DNA of 64,000 nucleotides from an uncultured Bacillales bacterium (GTDB lineage Bacteria > Bacillota_I > Bacilli_A > RF39 > UBA660): positions 8,088 to 72,087 of the forward strand of contig CAOJRT010000002.1 in NCBI GenBank assembly GCA_948442255.1, in the 5' to 3' direction. A model generated the notes under the pieces. The model ran no database searches. It had not been told where the DNA came from and saw only the letters and a list, made by a program, of their open reading frames with translations. Positions 56,546-64,000 of this stretch are shown here, piece by piece (position 1 is the stretch's first letter; each line of letters begins with the position of its first letter). The position numbers were made by a program, and so were the translations under genes.

Positions 56546-56711
56546 AAAAAGGGCGAATACCTAGTATCCACCCAAAAAGACTTAACAAAAAATACTATTT
56601 TTCTTTTAAGCTTCTAACCTATCGTAACTCACTACAATCAGGTGGACGTGGATACATCGCTTTCTTTTCAATAACAATATAGATTATAAACTAAAAGATA
56701 TGACTTGTCAA
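56546..56711 (-). promoter_or_regulatory. consensus promoter plus L20-leader-type attenuator upstream of infC
   Basis: TTGACA (56711..56706), 17 nt, TATAAT (56688..56683). ~130-nt leader ending in hairpin GGGTGGATAC-TAG-GTATTCGCCC + TTTTT (56573..56546) just before the infC RBS. Confidence 0.7.
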
Positions 56712-56717
56712 CTGCTT

Positions 56718-58586
56718 TTAGTGCTTCTTTCGAAAAGTCTTTTTTTGATAATTAATTTCATTAACAGCTATTAATTGCTCACTTAATAATATAAGAGGAA
56801 TAAAAACAATATTAGTAATCCTTTGCTCTTTATCAAAATAAATCTTCAAATGACAAGCTCCATTCTGTACTCTATCTTTAAACAAAGAAGGTAAAGAACA
56901 AATACCATTAACAGTATCTATACTCATTCGGTGAAAATGTCCCAACAAATCAACATAAAAATCATCTGCACTTCTTCCTTCATAAGAATCATAATCCCCA
57001 ACAAGGTCAAATAATTCTTGTGTATGATAAAAATCATCTTCTATATGACTTTCGCATTTCAAATTCGGATGATGTAATGCAACACTATGATAGGTTCCTT
57101 TGTCATTTCCAAAATGAATAAAAGCGTGTTTATATCCCAAATCAATAAAATCTTCTCTTTTCTCTGCCAAAGATTGTATTAAATTGACACCATTCTCTAA
57201 ATAAGTCAAATCATGGTTTCCGCCCATTATAGCCTGTGTAATGGAAGAATCATAAGGATGTTTTAAACAGAATTGCTCCATCCGTCCCACTACCAAAGAA
57301 ATATTTTCTTTTTTTATTATCTGTTCATAATAAGCATCAGAAAAGAAATCTCCTGCATTTATAATTAAATGAACGTTATTTTTTATACAATAGTTATATA
57401 AAATATCCATTCTATACTGAAAAGCATCATCAACTACCTTTATATGATAATCAGACACAAAGACCAAATCAAGTGAAGTAGCAGAAGGTTCTATATCTAT
57501 AAAAAAATTCTTATAAATTGCATATAAAGAACGACAAAACCTATAGCGAAAAGGAAAGCATGCCTTATTAGGCGAAATAATATTGTATTGTCTAGATAGA
57601 ATCTGCAATCTTTGATAAATAACTTCTCTATCTCTTTTTAGTTGGTTCACTAAATACTCCATCGTCACACCATTAGGATTTTTAGTTAATTCTTGAATGA
57701 TAAGAGAATCAAGTGATTTTTCTTCTTCTAAAATAATTATAGAATCTTTTTTCTCATTTATATATTGTACATTTTCTTCTTGTACATGTTTTAATAAAGT
57801 CTGACAATTTTCTAACTCTTTTTCTAATGCTTGTACTTGTAAACACAACGAATCATACTCTTCCCCTTTAAGAGTTGCTTGTTTTAATTGACGTTCTAGT
57901 TCCCGCTTTATCCTTTCATAATCTTTTAAATTCTTTTTCTGCTCTTCTATTAAATCTTTTAAATCTTTAATTGTTCTTATTTTCTCTTTTCTATCTTTTT
58001 GTAAACGAGTAATAGAGGATTCCTTTTTTTCTAAAATTTTTGTTAAAGAAATAACTTTCTCTTCTAAAGTAGAAATATCCTTCTTTAAAGATTCTATCTC
58101 TTCTTTTAAAAGTAATTCTTCCTTTCTAGAATTGTCAGCAGAACCTTTGTCTAAATTTTCTAAATGTCCCATATCCTTACTTCCATTAATTCCATCTATT
58201 TCTAAATGATAGTTGATTAAGACTTTACCCATATCTTCTAACAACTTATATAAATTTATATCTTTTTCTTTCCCTGTTCTTTTTAGATAATCTAAATACT
58301 TATTTCTAATAGTTTCTAATTTTTCAAAGCAAGAAGAATCTAAATCCATTTTTTGCAAGGTATGATAAACTAAAATCATAACAATCATATAGACCCAAGT
58401 TGAAAAACGTTTCGGCAACTCATCATCACTAGAAAGGAATTTATCTATATTTTCATATAAATAAAGAATAATTTCCTCATCAGACACTTTTTTACTAAGA
58501 GTTGCTCGAATAACATCATAATGTAAAGATTTTACTCCTTTTTGTATTACCCCATTTAATTTTATTTTATCAGCAACTGTTAACAT
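56718..58586 (-). CDS. coiled-coil protein with C-terminal calcineurin-like metallophosphoesterase domain
   Basis: 622 aa. Central heptad-rich region (~150-290). MPE motifs SDYH, AGDFF, GGNHD, GHFH. Confidence 0.7.
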   Translation of the reverse strand: MLTVADKIKLNGVIQKGVKSLHYDVIRATLSKKVSDEEIILYLYENIDKFLSSDDELPKRFSTWVYMIVMILVYHTLQKMDLDSSCFEKLETIRNKYLDYLKRTGKEKDINLYKLLEDMGKVLINYHLEIDGINGSKDMGHLENLDKGSADNSRKEELLLKEEIESLKKDISTLEEKVISLTKILEKKESSITRLQKDRKEKIRTIKDLKDLIEEQKKNLKDYERIKRELERQLKQATLKGEEYDSLCLQVQALEKELENCQTLLKHVQEENVQYINEKKDSIIILEEEKSLDSLIIQELTKNPNGVTMEYLVNQLKRDREVIYQRLQILSRQYNIISPNKACFPFRYRFCRSLYAIYKNFFIDIEPSATSLDLVFVSDYHIKVVDDAFQYRMDILYNYCIKNNVHLIINAGDFFSDAYYEQIIKKENISLVVGRMEQFCLKHPYDSSITQAIMGGNHDLTYLENGVNLIQSLAEKREDFIDLGYKHAFIHFGNDKGTYHSVALHHPNLKCESHIEDDFYHTQELFDLVGDYDSYEGRSADDFYVDLLGHFHRMSIDTVNGICSLPSLFKDRVQNGACHLKIYFDKEQRITNIVFIPLILLSEQLIAVNEINYQKKTFRKKH

Positions 58587-58659
58587 AAGATGCCCTCCTA
58601 AAATTACTATCTATTGTAATAAATTTTTTTCTAATTGACAATAAAAAATGTACTCTTCC

Positions 58660-60678
58660 TTAAGAAGAATACACGATTAATTCATGTTGCGCTCTTGTAC
58701 AAGCTACGTATAATAAATTTTTTTCGTTTTTAAGATATTTACTTTCTTTATCACTATAAACAATAACACTATCAAACTCTAATCCTTTCGCTAAATAAGC
58801 GGGTAAAACAACTAATTCTTTATTAAATTCTTCACTATTCCCATTTAATAAAGAGATTGGATAATCTTCTTTCAATGCTTCATACAATTTAGATGAAGTT
58901 TGACTATCTCTTGTAATAACAGCAACTGATTTATATTTATCCCTTAAATAAGCTATATCGTTCGTTAATTCTTTACTATCTGTACGATGAATTAAAGGAA
59001 CTTGTTCTGTTTTACGTATTGCACAAACATGATTTAAGCCTAAAATTTTATTAGTAAATGCAATAATCTCTGGACTAGAACGATACGTTTTCGTTAAAGA
59101 AATACATTTACTTTGTTTAAACAAATTAGCAAGTATATCTAAACTCTCATATTTATAATAAGGATTAATCGTTTGATTTACATCTCCTAATATAGTAAAA
59201 TTACTATTTCTAAAAATCTTACTAATAATAAGATATTGTAAATAACTATAATCTTGTGCTTCGTCAATAACGACTTGTCTTATATCTCGTTCATAGCCAA
59301 AACCTTCTAGTAGTCCTTTCATATAAACAAATAAAAGCGCATCTTCATATTTTATCGTTTTACTATTTAAAAATTCTCTAATATCTTTATTTTGCATTCT
59401 TATTTTACAAAAATCACTGCTAAAGAATCCCAAATAAATATCTTTATAATCTTTCTTAAAACTACTATTTTCAAAAATTAATTTTCTATAAGTAGGTTTC
59501 TTTTTTATACTTCCTTTATAATTCTGTTCACTCAGTTTTTCAGCAATTAAATCTACTCTCTCAAAAAAAGGTAACATATTATAACGTTCATGCAATAACG
59601 AATTAATCTCCTCTTTACGCACATCATAGATTTTATTCTCTGTAAAGTCATGAACCATACGTGCTTTCCTAACATAATCTTCTATATATAAATCAATATC
59701 TTGTATTATTCCATCACTCTGTTTATAAGAAACAAGTTCTATATCTTTTTCTTTATCTGTATAATATTTTCCTATAAAATCCATAAATGGTTCAACAGAA
59801 GAAAACTCTGTAATAACACTTCCTAAGTAATCATTAAATGTTGTTTGTAATGTATTATCCTCTCCTAACTCTGGTAATACATTAGAGATATACTCTGTAA
59901 ATATTTGATTAGGAGAAAGGATTAAGACATCATTACTTGTTAAATTCTTTATTTTATAAAGTAAGAAGGCAATACGATGCAAAGCAACACTTGTCTTTCC
60001 ACTTCCAGCTATTCCAGACACAATAAGTGTTTTATCTCTTACATTTCGAATAACATGATTCTGTTCTTGCTGAATGGTATTAACAATATTTTTCATTTTC
60101 TCATTATTATTTGTCGCAAGAACTTCTTGTAATAATTCATCATCAATGCTGATGGAATTATCAAAAGCACTTACAAGTTTCGCTCCCACAATTTTATATT
60201 GTCTCTTTCTTAAAAGATTTCCTTTAATTGGTCCTTCTGGAGCGGCATAGGAAGCAGGCCCTACTTCATAATCATAAAACAAACTACATATAGGACTTCT
60301 CCAATCATAGATAATATTCCCGTAATCATCATCTTTTAGATAAGTAAGACCAAGATAGACACTAAAACGATCTCCCTCTTCATCTTCAAATACCACAGAA
60401 GCAAAATAAGGATTATCTTTAATACGATATAAACGCTTAAAATACTCTCTTTTCATAAGAAGCTGATTGGCTTCCAATTCGCTTTCTACATTGACTTGGT
60501 TTAACTCTTGTGCATCCATGGCACGTCGATTCTCCCAAGCATATTTACGAAATTCTAAAAACTTATCTTCTCCTTCAAAAATAGTCTCCCCCATCTTTGC
60601 AAGCTTATCATTTAGTAATTTCAATACTTCCTCAAGTCTTTTCTCTTCAAGTTCTAAATCTCTTCCAGTAATTGCCAT
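58660..60678 (-). CDS. helD: UvrD/Rep-family helicase, HelD-like
   Basis: 672 aa. N-terminal coiled/arm region with PYFASVVF block, Walker A GIAGSGKTSVALHR, DEAQD, C-terminal LYVACTRAQH. Confidence 0.8.
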   Translation of the reverse strand: MAITGRDLELEEKRLEEVLKLLNDKLAKMGETIFEGEDKFLEFRKYAWENRRAMDAQELNQVNVESELEANQLLMKREYFKRLYRIKDNPYFASVVFEDEEGDRFSVYLGLTYLKDDDYGNIIYDWRSPICSLFYDYEVGPASYAAPEGPIKGNLLRKRQYKIVGAKLVSAFDNSISIDDELLQEVLATNNNEKMKNIVNTIQQEQNHVIRNVRDKTLIVSGIAGSGKTSVALHRIAFLLYKIKNLTSNDVLILSPNQIFTEYISNVLPELGEDNTLQTTFNDYLGSVITEFSSVEPFMDFIGKYYTDKEKDIELVSYKQSDGIIQDIDLYIEDYVRKARMVHDFTENKIYDVRKEEINSLLHERYNMLPFFERVDLIAEKLSEQNYKGSIKKKPTYRKLIFENSSFKKDYKDIYLGFFSSDFCKIRMQNKDIREFLNSKTIKYEDALLFVYMKGLLEGFGYERDIRQVVIDEAQDYSYLQYLIISKIFRNSNFTILGDVNQTINPYYKYESLDILANLFKQSKCISLTKTYRSSPEIIAFTNKILGLNHVCAIRKTEQVPLIHRTDSKELTNDIAYLRDKYKSVAVITRDSQTSSKLYEALKEDYPISLLNGNSEEFNKELVVLPAYLAKGLEFDSVIVYSDKESKYLKNEKNLLYVACTRAQHELIVYSS

Positions 60679-60821
60679 AATCTACTACCCTCACTTCATA
60701 AAGTTTGCCACTAAAAAAAGATGGACTTCTCCTATAATGGTCTTTTGTCATCTTTTTATCTAAGTATCTAAGTCCTATTCATTATAAAACAAATAAAACT
60801 TTTTTTCAAGAAAAAAGATTA

Positions 60822-61091
60822 CTAATTTTTATTTTTAATAATCTCTAATTTATCTAAAAAATCAATAACTTCATCATTTTTATAACCAGTATGACAAACC
60901 TCTTTTATTTGTTCTTTATCAAATAATGCAACACCAGATGACTCTAAAATTCCTTCTGGAAAAGGACATCCTCTATAATCCCATACTTTTTTATTAGATC
61001 CTTCTACTACAAAGTAACCATTAATCATAATTTTTTTTGTTCCACCTTCAAGTAAAACAACACTTCCGATTGGCAATAATTCATTCTTCAT
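60822..61091 (-). CDS. DUF4176 family protein
   Basis: 89 aa. LLPIGSVVLLEGGTKKIMINGY...WDYRGCPFPEG...FDKEQIKEV matches the DUF4176 pattern (LPLGSVV.L..G..KLMI...DY.G..YP.G). Confidence 0.75.
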   Translation of the reverse strand: MKNELLPIGSVVLLEGGTKKIMINGYFVVEGSNKKVWDYRGCPFPEGILESSGVALFDKEQIKEVCHTGYKNDEVIDFLDKLEIIKNKN

Positions 61092-61099
61092 CTTTTCAC

Positions 61100-61537
61100 C
61101 TAATTCTTTCTAGGTGGCAAATCATCTGCCCCAGATATTTTAGTAACTCCATAGTTTTTCTTCATTTCAGTTTTTGAACGAGGAGCAGTAGGAGCTTTTG
61201 GCGTTCTAAGGACTCTTCGCTCTTTACTAATTGAAGACTTCTTTTCACGTCTTAATCCAGCTTTTGCAGGTTTACTACTTAATAAAGAAGGTTTATTAGC
61301 AACATACTCTTTATACTCCTCATTTTCTAAACCATAATAGAAAATTTCTTCAATTTGATTTGCATTAAATAAGCAATATACATTTTCCATAAAACCTTCA
61401 GGAAAAATACAACCATTATAATCAAAAACTTCATTTCCCTTTTCTAAAGCTACAGAAGAATAACCTGTAATCATAACTTTTTTAAGTCCTCCAGTTAATA
61501 AAACGACTGTTCCAATAGGCAAATCCTTTTTATTCAT
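61100..61537 (-). CDS. DUF4176 family protein with basic C-terminal extension
   Basis: 145 aa. DLPIGTVVLLTGGLKKVMITGY...FDYNGCIFPEG...FNANQIEEI, then a ~55-aa Lys/Arg/Pro-rich tail. Confidence 0.75.
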   Translation of the reverse strand: MNKKDLPIGTVVLLTGGLKKVMITGYSSVALEKGNEVFDYNGCIFPEGFMENVYCLFNANQIEEIFYYGLENEEYKEYVANKPSLLSSKPAKAGLRREKKSSISKERRVLRTPKAPTAPRSKTEMKKNYGVTKISGADDLPPRKN

Positions 61538-61551
61538 CTTCTTCTCTCTCC

Positions 61552-63687
61552 TTATTCAATAGAAATACTTCCACCATCACCTTGTACAAACTGTAAAGCA
61601 TCTTCATCTGTGAAATGAATGACATCGTCTTGTCCAGAAGATGGCTGATTTGGTGTATTAGATGCTCCAGAATCTAGTGGAGGTTTAGTACTTTCTTCTG
61701 TTTTATTTTCATTTAATTTATTTTTTCTTATTTCCTCTAAGAAATCTTTTTTAGCCTTAATATAACTATCTTTAGCCTTGATATATTTTTCTTTTGCTTC
61801 ATTACTTAGTGCCACTTTTTGATTAGCATCTTTTAATACTTCGTTATATTCTCGAACAATCTTATTATAATTTTCAGCATCTTCAACAGTCCAATCCTTT
61901 GTATCACTACCGAGTTTCTTTTGTACTTCATCTAATACCTTTTTTGCTTCTTGTGCTTTTGACACACTTTCATTTGCTTCCAATAAACTAGCTTTATATT
62001 TTTCTTCCGTATCTTGGAAACCTTCTCGCATTTTGATAATATCCTTATCCTGACTCATATTAACTAATAAAGTAGAGTTTGTTCCATTAACTAAGTCACT
62101 ATACTCTTGTCCATCATCGTAAGAAGTATCAAAATCTTTTATACCATCTTCATCCGCCAAACGATTAGCAATCTCCGTTAACGCATCTCTTCTGTCGCCT
62201 TCAATAAAAGCCATTGTTACGTATTCTTGACTACGTAAAATCGAATCAATTTCTGGTTCACTATATCCAAATTCTGTTAAACGTTTTCTAATGATATCAA
62301 AATCTCCATTTTCATAAAGAGTTAAGGCTTCATTCATCACTTCATTTATATGCTCATTTAACTCATCTTCATCTTGTGCTTCATACTCTGCACGAGCGAG
62401 ATCATCATAATCTATTTCAACAATAGATTCTAACTCTTCAGGGACTTCCTCTTTAGAAATTTCTTCTAAAGGAGGTAACACAACTTCTTCCTCTTTTTTC
62501 TCTTCTGGAAGCGGTGTTTGTTCTGGCTGTGTAGCATTACCATTAGAACCATTTCCAGCAGAAGTACCATTTCCACCACTAGAACCACTTCCACTAGATG
62601 AACCATTTCCACTAGATGAACCTTGTCCACTAGAAGTATTATTTCCTGTATTAGTAACTGGAGGTATAACATTTGAAATTGCACTTCCTAAAAATCCAGC
62701 CCCTACTAAACTCGCAGATGATCCCAAAGTTCCAACTACACTTGCACTATCCAAGATAGAGCTGAAAGTAGGATCAGAGGTAGGTTTTGAAAAGATAACT
62801 GTATCTCCATAAGAAGAGATATAAGAAGGTAATAAAGTTTTTACAAATTCATGGCTATATAATCCACTTGTAATAGTATTTGTCATAAAACCATTTGCAT
62901 TTTCAACAATATTGGCATAATTAAATTGTGTTCCATAAGTACGATTCATATAATCCGCTTCGATTTCTGCTGACATGACAGCATTTTCATAAGTAAATAA
63001 AGCATTCATAGCTTCACTTACAGATAGCTTAATTTTTTGATTATTAATCGTAACTTCAGTATCTACGCCTAACATAGTTACTCCATCACTTGCCAGTATT
63101 GTTTTTAAACCATAAATATCAGCTGTACTATTTAAATTAGCATACACTTGTTGAAATTCATTAATTTTGGTTTTTAATTCTAACATAGAAGCTTTAACAC
63201 TCTCTATTTTAGCTAAAGTATCATATAAATAAACATAATTATCTTCTCCGCCACAAGAACATAAATAAAGTAAATCAACAAAGACTTGTTGCGAAACATA
63301 AGACCATTTTACTGAATTAGGATTTTTTACACAATGATAAATACCAGTAAAGAAACCTATAACAGCTCCAATGATACCTCCAATCGTACCAATGGCTATA
63401 TTTCCTAAGACAGGAACAACTGTTCCAGCAATAGCACCTACTCCAGCACCAATACCAAAACCTTGAGCTGTATAAGAAACAACAAATCCCAAGTTTGCCA
63501 AATGATAATATTGACTCTCTGCATCTTTATATAAGTCATCCAAAAAGCCACTTTCTTTAAAATTCCAATACAAGTTATCAAAGTTTTCTCCCCAGATAGA
63601 TGTCGCTTCTTCTGTCGCTAAAATAGCTTTCGTCAAATAGGAATCTATAAGCTCCATTTCTGATGAACTCATTCTTATCTTTGCCAT
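61552..63687 (-). CDS. large hypothetical protein: helical N-terminus, glycine-zipper membrane segment, Gly/Ser/Asn linker, acidic coiled-coil C-terminal half (possible T7SS-associated substrate)
   Basis: 711 aa. GFGIGAGVGAIAGTVVPVLGNIAIGTIGGIIGAVIGFFTG (aa ~75-115). GQGSSSGNGSSSGSGSSGGNGTSAGNGSNGN low-complexity block. No enzymatic motif recognised. Confidence 0.6.
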   Translation of the reverse strand: MAKIRMSSSEMELIDSYLTKAILATEEATSIWGENFDNLYWNFKESGFLDDLYKDAESQYYHLANLGFVVSYTAQGFGIGAGVGAIAGTVVPVLGNIAIGTIGGIIGAVIGFFTGIYHCVKNPNSVKWSYVSQQVFVDLLYLCSCGGEDNYVYLYDTLAKIESVKASMLELKTKINEFQQVYANLNSTADIYGLKTILASDGVTMLGVDTEVTINNQKIKLSVSEAMNALFTYENAVMSAEIEADYMNRTYGTQFNYANIVENANGFMTNTITSGLYSHEFVKTLLPSYISSYGDTVIFSKPTSDPTFSSILDSASVVGTLGSSASLVGAGFLGSAISNVIPPVTNTGNNTSSGQGSSSGNGSSSGSGSSGGNGTSAGNGSNGNATQPEQTPLPEEKKEEEVVLPPLEEISKEEVPEELESIVEIDYDDLARAEYEAQDEDELNEHINEVMNEALTLYENGDFDIIRKRLTEFGYSEPEIDSILRSQEYVTMAFIEGDRRDALTEIANRLADEDGIKDFDTSYDDGQEYSDLVNGTNSTLLVNMSQDKDIIKMREGFQDTEEKYKASLLEANESVSKAQEAKKVLDEVQKKLGSDTKDWTVEDAENYNKIVREYNEVLKDANQKVALSNEAKEKYIKAKDSYIKAKKDFLEEIRKNKLNENKTEESTKPPLDSGASNTPNQPSSGQDDVIHFTDEDALQFVQGDGGSISIE

Positions 63688-63704
63688 AAAATAACCTCCT
63701 CAAA

Positions 63705-64000
63705 CTATGGATTTATAATTGGTTCTTCAATTGTCTCTGTTTTCTTTCCTGCGAGTACTGCTTTATTAAATGCCCAATGTCCATAATTACTCTCTAGCTC
63801 CGCATTAATATTATCTATATCCGTTAACAAAGCAGAACGCAAATCTCCTAAACCAACTTTTAAAACTTCTATGTCATTTTGTATTTCTTGATACATAGCA
63901 TTTAAATTATCGACACCACTTCCTGCGCCATTAGAAATAGAAAACGCATCGGTAACAGAAGCAGCGTTATATAATTCTTTTTTTACCTCATCTAATTTTT
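63705..64000 (-). CDS. small helical protein, 5' end beyond the right window edge
   Basis: The frame stays open upstream of the track ATG (…KLDEVKKELYNAASVTDAFSISNGAGSGVDNLNAMYQEIQNDIEVLK…). Stop lies 17 nt before the 711-aa gene. Confidence 0.5.
   Translation of the reverse strand, partial: KLDEVKKELYNAASVTDAFSISNGAGSGVDNLNAMYQEIQNDIEVLKVGLGDLRSALLTDIDNINAELESNYGHWAFNKAVLAGKKTETIEEPIINP

Noticed and set aside
62540-62640. Near-tandem 18-nt repeats (…ccatttccactagatgaa…) as a CRISPR or VNTR locus
   Set aside because: They lie inside the 711-aa ORF and encode its Gly/Ser/Asn low-complexity linker. There is no spacer-repeat periodicity and there are no cas genes.
1-64000. rRNA, tRNA, tmRNA, riboswitch or CRISPR features
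   Set aside because: No tRNA-like T-arm/acceptor patterns, rRNA blocks or repeat-spacer arrays were seen in any intergenic region. The only structured RNAs I could support are rnpB, the L20-type leader and the retron ncRNA.

Overview
This 64-kb window comes from a low-GC, endospore-forming Bacillota chromosome. It carries ftsA-ftsZ-spoIIGA-sigE and Bacillus-like synteny; the exact taxon cannot be called from sequence alone. Almost all genes are on the minus strand. The core content is housekeeping. Replication and repair: fpg (partial), polA, polC, dnaE, recA, recU, nth, dnaD, helD-like. Translation and RNA: rpmB, rpoZ, infC-rpmI-rplT with an L20 leader, rnpB, rnj, rny, cca, rlmN, rsgA. Secretion: ftsY-ylxM...ffh. 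Envelope and division: ponA, gpsB, rodZ-like, pgsA, ftsA, ftsZ, prkC/prpC, an M15 carboxypeptidase. No rRNA, tRNA or CRISPR array was found. The main unusual items are listed here. (1) A 4.8-kb element encoding a large serine recombinase, with NERD, Fic and ASCH-fusion cargo, sits inside a small Cys/His-rich CotD-like gene. The two halves of that gene rejoin exactly in frame, and it has a sigma-K-type promoter, so this is a candidate skin-like sporulation intervening element. (2) A compact retron (RT plus msr/msd ncRNA) with no adjacent effector lies between ponA and nth. (3) polC encodes 1934 aa, about 490 aa longer than usual, through several in-frame insertions, and it lies directly downstream of dnaE. 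(4) An 11-nt poly-G tract lies in the promoter spacer of one of two paralogous ~490-aa surface proteins, giving phase-variation potential. (5) A cluster at the right edge has two DUF4176 genes and a 711-aa glycine-zipper protein and looks T7SS-associated. Smaller oddities are an L20 with a C-terminal HeH-like tail, an infC AUA start, an ORF broken by one in-frame TGA, an IR-flanked 184-bp segment upstream of ftsA, and an fpg start buried in the tail of the upstream ORF.
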